Below are positions 30,581-39,888 of a DNA stretch of 64,000 nucleotides, piece by piece; position 1 is the stretch's first letter; each line of letters starts with the position of its first letter. The notes below the pieces were generated by a model. That model was given only the letters and a program-made list of their open reading frames with translations, did no database searches and was not told the origin of the DNA. The stretch is from Verrucomicrobiota bacterium. Its GTDB lineage: Bacteria; Verrucomicrobiota; Kiritimatiellia; JAAZAB01. The stretch covers positions 2,737 through 66,736 of the forward strand of contig JAHIJO010000152.1 of the NCBI GenBank assembly GCA_018898455.1, written 5' to 3'. A program made the position numbers and the translations under genes.

Positions 30581-30728
30581 CGGCGTAATGCCTCAGTTAC
30601 AGGGGAAATGTGGCGCAACCGAATTGGTCAGAGGGCTTCAGTTGTGGCGGCCGTTCGACAGAACGGCAAATCCGCGGTTCTGTCGAACCGCCGCTACACC
30701 CCCCTGTAACTCTGAGGCATTAAGCCGC
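30581..30728. repeat. Nested long inverted-repeat element (outer ~27-bp arms enclosing a ~24-bp-stem hairpin)
   Basis: Outer arms gcggcgtaatgcctcagttacagggg / cccctgtaactctgaggcattaagccgc. Inner arms gtggcggccgttcgacagaacggc / gcggttctgtcgaaccgccgctac. Ends 28 nt upstream of the STAS start codon. Confidence 0.6.
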
Positions 30729-30755
30729 GCCTCCCGTCGAAACCAAGAGGACTAT

Positions 30756-31100
30756 ATGGGATTAATCATCGTGCAGGAAACCAGCGAATTAAGTCATGTC
30801 GCTTTATCGGGACGGCTGGATGCGCCCGGCGTAGAGGAACTGGAGGAGGAATTTTTTGCGCACACCGAGTCGCGCCGCCTGCCCGCTCTCGTGGATATGT
30901 CCGCAGTCACCTTTATTGCGTCCATGGGCATCCGCATGCTGATTCGTTGCGCCCAGGCACTCCATCACGCCGAAGTGCGGATGGTTCTGATTAATCCTCA
31001 GCCGCTGGTCAAAAATGCCTTGGACACGGCCGGGATAACCCCAATGATCCACATCGCTTCGGACGCGATTCAGGCGCTGGCTCAACTGGCAGACGAATAA
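30756..31100 (+). CDS. STAS-domain anti-sigma factor antagonist (SpoIIAA/RsbV-like)
   Basis: About 115 aa STAS fold. Good SD (AAGAGGA) before the ATG at 30756. Confidence 0.7.
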   Translation: MGLIIVQETSELSHVALSGRLDAPGVEELEEEFFAHTESRRLPALVDMSAVTFIASMGIRMLIRCAQALHHAEVRMVLINPQPLVKNALDTAGITPMIHIASDAIQALAQLADE

Positions 31101-31129
31101 CGGAACATTTCCATCCCGGCAACCCGCCA

Positions 31130-31621
31130 ATGACGACAACACCGCCAGATCCCGGCCGGCTATGCATAACGATGTGCAACGCGCTGAATGAACTCCCCCG
31201 TCTGAACCAATCGGTCCAGTCTTTTCTCCAGCAACACGAAGCGCCGCCACCGGCTGTGTTTGCGGCAAACCTGGCGCTCGAGGAAATGATCACGAACATT
31301 ATCAAATATGGTTACGATGATTCCCTCTCCCATGATATCAGAATAACACTGACCCGCGAGCCGGGACGGCTCACGGTCCGGATTGAAGACGATGGCCACG
31401 AATTCAATCCGCTCTCCCAGCCCCCGCCCGACACATCGCCTCAGATTGAAAAGCGAAAAATCGGCGGACTGGGCATCCATCTGGTTCGCCGCACCGTTGA
31501 CGCAATGTGGTATCGGCGACGGGAAGGCAGGAACCTGCTGGAGATGATCATCCGGCTCCCATCCGACACGGAGCCGGCGGCGCCTTCGACGTCCAACGCA
31601 GGATCATGTCCCGGGACATAG
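31130..31621 (+). CDS. Anti-sigma regulatory factor, Ser/Thr protein kinase (RsbW/SpoIIAB-like HATPase)
   Basis: E..TN..KYG and GGLGIHLVRRTVD motifs of GHKL anti-sigma kinases. Follows the STAS gene. Confidence 0.7.
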   Translation: MTTTPPDPGRLCITMCNALNELPRLNQSVQSFLQQHEAPPPAVFAANLALEEMITNIIKYGYDDSLSHDIRITLTREPGRLTVRIEDDGHEFNPLSQPPPDTSPQIEKRKIGGLGIHLVRRTVDAMWYRRREGRNLLEMIIRLPSDTEPAAPSTSNAGSCPGT

Positions 31622-31680
31622 GAACTTAAGGCGGGCTAATGCCCGCAACCGGCACTTATCGCCCTTCAGGCGTATTTTTT

Positions 31681-31750
31681 GGTAGGGCGGCCAGTCCCTT
31701 GGCCGCCGTTCTTGGCGCGTCGTGGCCGGCAAGGGACTGCCGGCCCTACC
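31681..31750. repeat. Imperfect ~25-bp-arm inverted repeat within a 540-bp non-coding region
   Basis: ggtagggcggccagtcccttggccg ... cggccggcaagggactgccggccctacc. Confidence 0.5.
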
Positions 31751-32113
31751 TAAAACCAGAATAACACTTTCCTATTGGATCAAGGTAGCGCAGGGTTTAT
31801 CCCTGCGATCTTCGGAGGCCACGCTACAAACGCGTGGCAAGCGTAAAGTTTACCCCGCTCCCAGCGGGGCCTCCGCTACCCAGAAAGATCCTCGCAAAAA
31901 CGTGTATCTTTATGGGGAAACCTCTATATCAAGCAAGCGGGAGGCATAGCCGGCGGCTATGTCCCCGCTTGCGGAACGCCGCTCTGTCGAATGCGACGCC
32001 GCATTCCTTTGGAACAGAGCGTTTTTCGCATCTGCCATACCCAAGCTGATTTTGAGATAGGTTCAAGACACCCGCCGGCCAATAATCCACCCGTCAACGG
32101 ATTGTTCTCCTGC

Positions 32114-32142
32114 TTGTCATGCCGTCGCAAATATGTTATTAT
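32114..32142 (+). promoter_or_regulatory. Sigma70-like promoter TTGTCA-N17-TATTAT upstream of the second STAS gene
   Basis: Near-consensus hexamers with a 17-nt spacer about 65 nt upstream of the 32208 start. Confidence 0.45.
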
Positions 32143-32207
32143 AAGTTGAAATCGGATTAGCGGCCATGCCAAAATTATTGCTGACCAGTTACGAAAGGAA
32201 ATCCGCC

Positions 32208-32501
32208 ATGGTTCGAATGGTTGAACAGGATGGACAATTGCGATGTATTTTTAACGGTTCCCTCAACACGATCACCTGCCTGGAACTGGAAAAAGAGCTC
32301 TATGCCCGGATTCGCGAGGCAAAACTGCCCGTCGTGTTCGACCTGGCCAGGGTTGATTTCATTGCCTCCGCATTTCTACGCATCTGCCTTACCATATTGA
32401 AGGAGGTGGGAGCAGACCATTTGACCATGGCCAATCTTCAGCCTTCGGTCCAGACCGTCTTCAAGATCGCCGGTTTCTCCGATCTCATCAAGGGAATCTA
32501 A
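32208..32501 (+). CDS. STAS-domain anti-sigma factor antagonist (second copy)
   Basis: STAS fold. Start at 32208 preferred because of the AAAGGAAA SD. An upstream ATG at 32166 is possible. Confidence 0.65.
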   Translation: MVRMVEQDGQLRCIFNGSLNTITCLELEKELYARIREAKLPVVFDLARVDFIASAFLRICLTILKEVGADHLTMANLQPSVQTVFKIAGFSDLIKGI

Positions 32502-32556
32502 GCCTCGGCTCTGCTGACCGTGTCAATCCAGGGTTTTACGCTTAAGAGTATTTCGC

Positions 32557-33474
32557 ATGACAACCTCCCCACAGCCCTCCGCCCAACAATCGGCATCAGG
32601 CTTTATTGATATTCATGGGCATGCTTATCGAATCCCGGCAATGATGCCCGGCGGCAAATCCTGGTTTTCAACAACGGAACAACTGATCCGACGCTACAAG
32701 AATCTGGGTATTGAGAAAGCCTGCCTCCTGCCGCTCGTCAGCCCGGAAGTATACCTGCCGCAATCCAATGAAGAGATCCTGCAAATAACGGAACAGTTCC
32801 CGGACCGGTTCATCCCCTTCTGTAACATCGATCCACGCGCGATCTCCAACAGCGCTGACGCCCCGCTGGGTGACCTGCTCCGTTACTATCGCGACTTGGG
32901 ATGCAAGGGTATCGGGGAAGTCATGCCCAACCTGCCGTTTCTCGATCCACTTGTTCAGAATCTGTTCCACCATGTGGAGGAGGTCGGGTTTCCCTTGATT
33001 TTCGACATCTCCCACCGCATCGGCGGGAGTTACGGACTTTATGACGATCCCGGATTACCCCAACTGGAACAGTGCCTGCAAAACTTCCCAAAACTGATCA
33101 TCCTGGGACATGGCCCGGCCTACTGGGCCGAGATCGGAAAACTCCGGGCGCCGGAGGATCGGGCCGGCTATCCCAATTATTCCTTTGAGGAGGAAGGCGC
33201 GGTACCCAGGCTTTTCCGGAATTATCCGAATATGTACGGGGATCTTTCAGCCGCCAGCGGGTATAACGCCCTGACTCGCAATCCAGCCTACGCCAGCCGC
33301 TTCCTGAACGAGTTCCAGGACCGGCTTTTCTTCGGCACGGATATCTGCGGTCCGGATCAACCGGTGTACCATGTGGAATTCCTGCGCCATTTGAGAGACA
33401 CGAAGCAAATCAGCGAAACGACTTTCACCAAGATCGCCCGTGGGAATGCCCTGAAACTGCTGAACCTGGGTTGA
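32557..33474 (+). CDS. Amidohydrolase-2 family metal-dependent hydrolase (TIM barrel)
   Basis: IDIHGH metal-binding start, GCKGIGEV, GHG and FGTD motifs. Confidence 0.65.
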   Translation: MTTSPQPSAQQSASGFIDIHGHAYRIPAMMPGGKSWFSTTEQLIRRYKNLGIEKACLLPLVSPEVYLPQSNEEILQITEQFPDRFIPFCNIDPRAISNSADAPLGDLLRYYRDLGCKGIGEVMPNLPFLDPLVQNLFHHVEEVGFPLIFDISHRIGGSYGLYDDPGLPQLEQCLQNFPKLIILGHGPAYWAEIGKLRAPEDRAGYPNYSFEEEGAVPRLFRNYPNMYGDLSAASGYNALTRNPAYASRFLNEFQDRLFFGTDICGPDQPVYHVEFLRHLRDTKQISETTFTKIARGNALKLLNLG

Positions 33475-33610
33475 CCCGGATTAAATTAGGCGCCAGTGGC
33501 GGCAACTGGATTAAACGCCCCGGCAGAGCGCCGTGCGGATTGAAAATTAATCAGCATAAAATCAGTTCCATACAAGAAGAACCGCCGTTCATTGGAGATA
33601 CCGCCGATCC

Positions 33611-34114
33611 GTGACCCATAACGCTTCATACTGGATTGATCAATTGGCCTTGCGGAAACATCCCGAAGGCGGTTATTTTCGCGAAACCTATCGGGCGAAG
33701 GAGTCCCTTGCCGCCAGCGCCCTGCCCCGGCGATTCTCCGGCGATCGCCGTTTATCGACCGCCATCTATTTTCTCCTTCAAGGGCAGGACGTCTCGCGTT
33801 TCCACCGCATCAAATCCGACGAGCTTTGGCATTATTACGCCGGCAGCGCCTTGACCCTCCATGTCCTGGATCCAGCCGGCGGGTATACCACCATCCGGCT
33901 GGGCCCGAACCCGGAACAGGGCGAGTTATTTCAGGCCTGTCTTCAAGCCGGCAACTGGTTCGGCGCTACGGTCGATGATCCCCATTCCTACGCTCTCGTC
34001 GGATGCACCGTGGCGCCCGGTTTCGACTTCGCCGATTTTGAACTGGCCGACCGGCGCCAATTGTTGATCAGCCATCCCCAACACGCCGCCATCATCAGGA
34101 GATTAACCCCATGA
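33611..34114 (+). CDS. Cupin-fold protein, DUF985 family
   Basis: L.KHPEGGYFRETYR...FHR...DELWHYY.G DUF985 pattern. Confidence 0.65.
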   Translation: MTHNASYWIDQLALRKHPEGGYFRETYRAKESLAASALPRRFSGDRRLSTAIYFLLQGQDVSRFHRIKSDELWHYYAGSALTLHVLDPAGGYTTIRLGPNPEQGELFQACLQAGNWFGATVDDPHSYALVGCTVAPGFDFADFELADRRQLLISHPQHAAIIRRLTP

Positions 34115-34887
34115 AGCTTCGGATCGGATATGGACTGTTCCTTCTGGCAGTAACTTTCAATGGCATGTCCGCGCCAGCCGACCCGTCCCGCGATATTCTC
34201 TACCAGGCATCCACCATCAACGCACTGCTGGCCGGCTATTACGACGGCATCCTGTCCTGCGGCGAGCTGACGCGGCAGGGAGATATCGGATTGGGAACCT
34301 TCGATGGCCTGGATGGCGAAATGATCGTGCTCGACCGGATTGTATATCAGGTGACATCCGATGGCGCCGTGCAAACCGTTAGCTCGGCACTCATGGTACC
34401 CTTTGCCAACGTGACCTTCTTCGATCCCGATGAAACCTTTGCCATGCACAACATCAACAGCCTGGATCAGCTTCAGAAGGAACTAGACCGGCATTTGATC
34501 AATCGCAACGTCTTTTATGCCATCCGCATCGACGGCACTTTCCCGGCAGTCAAAGTCCGAAGCGTAGCCAAGCAAAGCAAGCCCTATCCCAAATTGGCCG
34601 ATGCGGTAAAGAACCAGTCGGTTTTTGAGCTTTCCAACGTCAAAGGCACCCTGGTCGGATTCTGGTGCCCGGAGTTCATCCAGGCGCTCAACGTCCCCGG
34701 CTTTCATCTCCACTTTCTAGCGGATGACCGCCGGCGCGGCGGCCACGTGCTCGACTGCCGCCTGGCCGAAGGCAAGGTCAGTCTCGATCCGACCGCGGCC
34801 TTTACGATTCAGTTGCCGGAAAAAGGATTCGGACAGCTCGATCCGGGCGGCAATCACTCCGAAGAACTAAATGCTGTGGAAAGATAA
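34111..34887 (+). CDS. Alpha-acetolactate decarboxylase family protein with N-terminal signal peptide
   Basis: YQ.STINALL.G.YDG, GLGTFD.LDGEMI and GFHLHFL motifs of ALDC. N-terminal hydrophobic signal. Confidence 0.75.
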   Translation: MKLRIGYGLFLLAVTFNGMSAPADPSRDILYQASTINALLAGYYDGILSCGELTRQGDIGLGTFDGLDGEMIVLDRIVYQVTSDGAVQTVSSALMVPFANVTFFDPDETFAMHNINSLDQLQKELDRHLINRNVFYAIRIDGTFPAVKVRSVAKQSKPYPKLADAVKNQSVFELSNVKGTLVGFWCPEFIQALNVPGFHLHFLADDRRRGGHVLDCRLAEGKVSLDPTAAFTIQLPEKGFGQLDPGGNHSEELNAVER

Positions 34888-34921
34888 GGAGGGGATTACT
34901 CAGACTTCCATCACGTTAAAT

Positions 34922-34998
<77 letters not shown>

Positions 34999-35148
34999 GT
35001 TAATGTTTTAAGATTACTCTATCAGGAATGGGGTTGCAAGTTATTATTTTTAGTGCCTACTCAGCGAATTCCGCCGACCGTTGGCAGGCGGCGACGTAGG
35101 CACGTCGCGAGGCGCGCCGTTAGCCTGACACGGTGTTCTTTTACGTTT

Positions 35149-36371
35149 TCATTTGCTGCAACTTTTGGTCATACACAAGTCCAGGCAACCGGATGCGGCC
35201 CGGGCAAACAGGCGGGAACCCTTCCGCATATTGACCATGTTGCCACATTTGCAGTGGACGCTATAACCGTGCCCTTCATGCACAAAATCCATGCGATCCG
35301 AATGGACATCAGAGAGAGTCAGGCGCCCGATATCCATCCCGGAACACTGTAGCCCCCAATCTACCCCCCCGGTTGTGCCTCGCATCCCGTTCGGGAAAAG
35401 ATAAATATCCAGCTTGCCACCAGTTTGCAGTGGCCAGGATACCCGCAATGTGGATAAATCCTCTTCGAAGACCTCCGGGATGCCTCCGTGTAAAGGCGCA
35501 ATGACCCCGGACGGTGGAATCTGGACAAATCGCAAGCCCGTTCGCTCTGGTCCCGCGGCCCAAAGGTTACCGTCAACCACTGGCAGGGTGTCATAGAGGC
35601 AGTTCGGCGTTGTACAAACTTCCGCCAGATAGCGTTCGGCATACGTCTCGTCAAACAGGTGCAGATCGCGAATCCAGAGCTCGCCATTTTCCCATAGCAG
35701 GTTGATGCGGTAATGGCACGAGTCAAACCACAAGCTTTGGCGCCCTTCATCTTTCCAGTCTTTGAGCGCCATGAAAGCCGTAGCCGGTGTGAGGTCAAAG
35801 CGCGATTTGAACCAGGAGCCCGTGGTATCCAGGGTTTCCACGCGGATCGCGCCGTCACAAACTGACTGAACTTGGTCGTGGCAATGAGCGTGTCCGCATC
35901 GTATTCAAAGAGAACCGGGTGGATTTTTTCGGGCAAACCGAATACGGCTTTGTCGTACCCGGCAACGATGGCGGCAACAATGTGAGCGTTTGATGTGGTG
36001 CAGGGAATAAAATGGCAGTCATGGATGGCCAGGATGGTGTTCCTGGCCAGGGCCTGACCGAAGAAATCCGAACTCACAACCGCGCGTTCGCGATTCGTCG
36101 TCTGGATCGCTCCGCCGGTCCATGCGCCGACGACCTCCGGAAATTCAACAAACAATCGCAAGCCTTTTGCCTTTGCCGCATGGAGGAGTTCGTCATCAAC
36201 GCGCGTTGTCTGCCTGGGGTAGCCGTTCGCCAGAACAAGCAAGCCATCTCCCGGGACACCTGCTTGAATGGCATCCGCCGCCGTCTTGAACCGTTTGCCG
36301 ACAATGTGGCCGGCTGTCAGCGTCTGATAGAGATCGTTGTTTTCGTCACAGACAAGCCGCAAGGTGAACAT
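35149..36371 (-). pseudogene. Hypothetical protein gene interrupted by an apparent frameshift near 35820-35905
   Basis: The N-terminal ~185 codons of the 336-aa ORF look protein-like and then degrade to R/S-rich nonsense. The overlapping GTG-initiated 230-aa ORF in another frame is open back to ~35905 and continues protein-like. Family not recognised. Confidence 0.4.
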
Positions 36372-36481
36372 GCCATGTTCCTCCAGCCATGTGGCGCACG
36401 CACCACGCGAAACAACTCATTCTAAAGTTTTCCGGATAGTCCCACAGCACAAGGCGCCTTTCCAAGCATTTATATTTTTTA

Positions 36482-36510
36482 TTGACCCTGCCGATCGATT
36501 CCTATATAGT
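36482..36510 (+). promoter_or_regulatory. Sigma70-like promoter TTGACC-N17-TATAGT with AT-rich UP region
   Basis: Near-consensus hexamers about 65 nt upstream of the 36576 ATG. Confidence 0.5.
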
Positions 36511-36575
36511 TATGTTGTTTTTTTTGGTTACGGGGTTGATGGTCATTTCGCCCTCGATAGGAGAAATATCAAGAC

Positions 36576-36890
36576 ATGGATACCAATGATAATCCGGTTG
36601 ATTCACAGCCCCCCCCTTCCCAGGAGGGAGCCAATCCCCGCTTCCGCACCCTTCTCGCAGGATTTATGGGGATAGCGTTGGTCTGCATTCTCATCGTGCT
36701 CGTGATTCAAATCAGGGAAGTCAGCTTTTACCGGGCGCTGCAATCCGTATGGCCGGGTGCAGTCGACTCTGGGGTTTCCTCTGTCAGCACGGTTCCGCCT
36801 CAACCCACGCCGACTGAAACGACTCCAACGCCGGCAACTGCATCCGATGGATCGGGTGACGCTCCCGCAACAGTGGAACCGGCTAAATAA
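36576..36890 (+). CDS. Small single-TM membrane protein with Thr/Pro-rich C-terminal tail
   Basis: TM helix FMGIALVCILIVLVI, low-complexity PTPTETTPTPAT tail, AGGAG upstream. Confidence 0.4.
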   Translation: MDTNDNPVDSQPPPSQEGANPRFRTLLAGFMGIALVCILIVLVIQIREVSFYRALQSVWPGAVDSGVSSVSTVPPQPTPTETTPTPATASDGSGDAPATVEPAK

Positions 36891-36963
36891 TTTTTCAGCT
36901 TGAATTGCCGGCTGCATCCGGTTATTAAGTAAACACAACAGTCAACCTCAGCAGGGAGAACTC

Positions 36964-37440
36964 ATGAAGACATCAGTCATCGTTGCATTGTTCGGAATCG
37001 GCATCGTGCTTGCATCCGCCCCGGCAACCACAGCCCAGGAACCGCTGAAGCCTCCGGCCGGCAGGGCAACACCGGAACAGATGTTCGCGCCCGGAAAGCC
37101 GGCAATGTTTCAACCGATCGCCATCGATCCCGCGCTGATGGATCAGATCAAGCATTCCCGGTCGGAGTATGAGAATCTGAAGCAGAAAATTATGGCCCGG
37201 CAGGCCAAGCTTTATGCAGATAATGCCACCATCAAAGACCTGCAGGCGAAGATGCGCGACAGCCAGAAGAAAATCGACAAGATCCTGGCCGACGATGAGG
37301 AACTAAAGAAACTCAATGAACAATTCCAGTCGGTCTCGCCGAACATGCCCTCGGGCTTGAAAAAGGCTCCGCCCATGGCCTTTGCGCCGCCGAACACGCC
37401 GGCGCCGGTCGCCGATAAGAAACCTGAAGTTGCCCGTTAA
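36964..37440 (+). CDS. Secreted coiled-coil protein (hypothetical)
   Basis: Signal peptide ending ...ASAPATTAQEP and a K/Q-rich coiled coil. Confidence 0.45.
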   Translation: MKTSVIVALFGIGIVLASAPATTAQEPLKPPAGRATPEQMFAPGKPAMFQPIAIDPALMDQIKHSRSEYENLKQKIMARQAKLYADNATIKDLQAKMRDSQKKIDKILADDEELKKLNEQFQSVSPNMPSGLKKAPPMAFAPPNTPAPVADKKPEVAR

Positions 37441-37668
37441 GCCGGTCGGACAACCCATACGGACGCGACAAAGCGCGTCCCTCCATTATAATAAGACCAG
37501 TTTTACGTGTATTTTGAGGGCCACGATCTGTCGTGGCCGCTCTTAATCATGTTTTTCGACAGTCTCGTTAAACGTCGCTAATCTCGGCGGCAACTCGGAA
37601 AAATGCCCCTGTCACGATTTAAAAACCATGAATCTTGCGCTTTGCCGTGCACTGTGTTTCATTCATGA

Positions 37669-39882
37669 ATGCAGTCGGGGCATGGGACGGCACATTCTTG
37701 CATGCCAACGATGTCCATAACGCTACCCGCCGAACTCCGCGATGTCAGCGATGGAATCATGGAAGAATGGTTCCTGGCTCATGCCCAGGATTCCGCCATT
37801 CCCTTTGAACCCCTGGCAGCCATCCTCTGTTCCTTTCAATCCCGCGGGCACACGGAAAAAGCGGAAGCCTGCGCCGACCTGCTGATTGATACGCTGGACC
37901 AACACCGGGCCGAAGAATACCTGCTGGCGCTTCTGGAACTGAGAGCCGAATGGCATGCGGAGTCTCCTGCATTTGCCGCCGTTTGCGGAAAAAAGCTTGG
38001 CGCTTTCTTTCAGAATAACACACGGATGGAAACGCTGATCCGCAACGCCGCTTTTGACCATGCGCTCCCCGCTTCCGAATGTCTCCGCCGCTTCCGTGTT
38101 CTACGCGGCCTTCAACCCGGCGCCTTATGTTATGAAAAAACATGGGGCGTGGGAACCGTCATCGACATCGCCGAGTTCGATCAGCTGGTCCGGATCGATT
38201 TCGAGAAAAAGAAAGGACACCGGCTGGCGTTGGCGTACGCCGCCCACAGCCTGCTCCTGCTCTCCGACGATCACTTGCTGGCCAAACCCCGACGCGACCC
38301 GGCGGCGGCGGCCGCGTGGGTGCGCAACGACCCCGCTGGCGTCGTCAAATCAGCGCTTCAAAGTTTCGGTCCCTTAAACGTCCAGGGACTCCAGGAACTG
38401 TTGCTTGGGCGGCTGGTGCCGGAAGGCGATTGGAAACGATTCTGGGACACCGCGCGCAAGCAGTTGAAGGCCGATCCGCGGGTTGCGTTTCCGACCAAAC
38501 GAAACGATCCCATCCGGATCCTGGCACGCGAAATAATTTACGACGACGCCTGGCTGGCTGCGCTGGACGCCGAGTGCGAACTGAACCGAATCCTCGACAA
38601 GATTGAGGAGTGGAAAAACGCGGTCACTCCCGGCAAACCTGATGTCATTCCACCGTCCGTTCACCAGCGGCTGGTCTTCGTGATTCACGGCGCCGACAAA
38701 TCCCAGGCAGCAGTCCGCGCTCATGCCCTGATCCTGGCCGACGAACTCGGGATCTTCAATGCCATGCCGGATGCCGCCGATCACGCCACCTTGCTTTTCG
38801 CGCCGGAAACGATTGTTGACGCGGTCCATCATCTGCCCGTCGCCCGGATCGAACGTCTTTTTCTTTTCATGCATCGCCGGAATGCCGCCCAAACCGCCGA
38901 CCGACTGTTGGCGATTCTGCCGCAATTGGCCCTGCCCCCCTTCAATGAAGCGCTTGATTTTCTCAGACATAACGGAGTCGAAGCCCGGGTGATTGAAACC
39001 CTGCGCTTGCAGATGGCGGCCGGCAACGCAACGCCCGAAATGATTTACTGGCTGTGCCGCCATGAAACCTTCACCCGGGAACATGGCCTCTGCTCCATGG
39101 GACGCCTGGCGCTCGAAGCGTTGAATGCTGTCGAAGCAACCAACATTTCCGGCGAACGACTGAAAGCAAAAAACCAAATTCGCTCCCTGATCGAACAATC
39201 CGACTGGCTTCCCGCGGTGTTTCCCGCCTGGGACGATCTGGAACGGCGCCATTTTATCAGCCGATTGAAAAATTCGCCGGCATGGTCAACGGCGGAACGT
39301 CATGCGTTGATTCATCGCCTGACGCAGTCCTTTCCCGAATTGATATCCCTCCTGACAGAGGAAACGCCGCCCCCCGCCATTCCACGGAGTCTGACCTCCC
39401 TGCGCAGTTATCAGGAACGGCAGGCACAACTGCACAAGCTGATTATGGTCGATATTCCGCAGAACAGTCAGGACATTGCAACCGCCCGAGGTTATGGCGA
39501 TTTACGTGAAAATTTTGAATATAAATCGGCCCGGGAAACGCAAGGGATTCTCATGCGCCGTCGCCATGAACTGGAAATGATGCTCAGCAAAGTCCGCAGC
39601 ACGGATTTTGAAGGATTCCCAAACACGGCGGTCGGCATGGGTACCCGCGCGACGCTCGTTCATGCCGACGGCCGCAAGGAGCAATACGTCATCCTGGGCG
39701 AATGGGACAGTGACGAAGAACTCGCTATCATCTCATCCAAATCCAAGCTGGCCGAAGCCTTGATCGGCCATCATATCGGCGACCAAGTTATCATTCCCAC
39801 GGAAAACGGTTCCACAGCCGTAACCCTGACTGAAGTGAGCGGACTGCCCGACACAATCAAAACCTGGATCCGGGGCGCCTGA
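37669..39882 (+). CDS. Large protein with C-terminal GreA/GreB-type domain and CarD-like N-terminal motif
   Basis: C-terminus YGDLRENFEYKSARETQ ... GEWDSDEELAIISSKSKLAEALIGHHIGDQVIIPTENGSTAVTLTEV matches the GreA C-terminal domain. An N-terminal WGVGTVIDI...IDFEKKKGHRLALAYAA motif resembles the CarD/TRCF RNAP-interacting domain. Start ambiguous (Met at 37669, 37702 or 37711). Confidence 0.6.
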   Translation: MQSGHGTAHSCMPTMSITLPAELRDVSDGIMEEWFLAHAQDSAIPFEPLAAILCSFQSRGHTEKAEACADLLIDTLDQHRAEEYLLALLELRAEWHAESPAFAAVCGKKLGAFFQNNTRMETLIRNAAFDHALPASECLRRFRVLRGLQPGALCYEKTWGVGTVIDIAEFDQLVRIDFEKKKGHRLALAYAAHSLLLLSDDHLLAKPRRDPAAAAAWVRNDPAGVVKSALQSFGPLNVQGLQELLLGRLVPEGDWKRFWDTARKQLKADPRVAFPTKRNDPIRILAREIIYDDAWLAALDAECELNRILDKIEEWKNAVTPGKPDVIPPSVHQRLVFVIHGADKSQAAVRAHALILADELGIFNAMPDAADHATLLFAPETIVDAVHHLPVARIERLFLFMHRRNAAQTADRLLAILPQLALPPFNEALDFLRHNGVEARVIETLRLQMAAGNATPEMIYWLCRHETFTREHGLCSMGRLALEALNAVEATNISGERLKAKNQIRSLIEQSDWLPAVFPAWDDLERRHFISRLKNSPAWSTAERHALIHRLTQSFPELISLLTEETPPPAIPRSLTSLRSYQERQAQLHKLIMVDIPQNSQDIATARGYGDLRENFEYKSARETQGILMRRRHELEMMLSKVRSTDFEGFPNTAVGMGTRATLVHADGRKEQYVILGEWDSDEELAIISSKSKLAEALIGHHIGDQVIIPTENGSTAVTLTEVSGLPDTIKTWIRGA

Positions 39883-39888
39883 CGCAGC

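Noticed and set aside
30383-30709. 108-aa ORF spanning the nested inverted-repeat element
   Set aside because: The ORF is created by the palindromic sequence itself. It has no RBS or recognisable protein features and overlaps the structured element.
31622-32165. Possible RNase P RNA, tmRNA, SRP RNA or 6S RNA in the long non-coding region
   Set aside because: None of the conserved blocks are present (GGAAAGTCCGGGC / ACAGAAACCCGGCTTA for RNase P, the tRNA-like 3' end GGTTCGATTCC...CCACCA for tmRNA, GGTCAGGTCCGGAAGGAAGCAGC for SRP). Kept only as a generic structured-RNA candidate.
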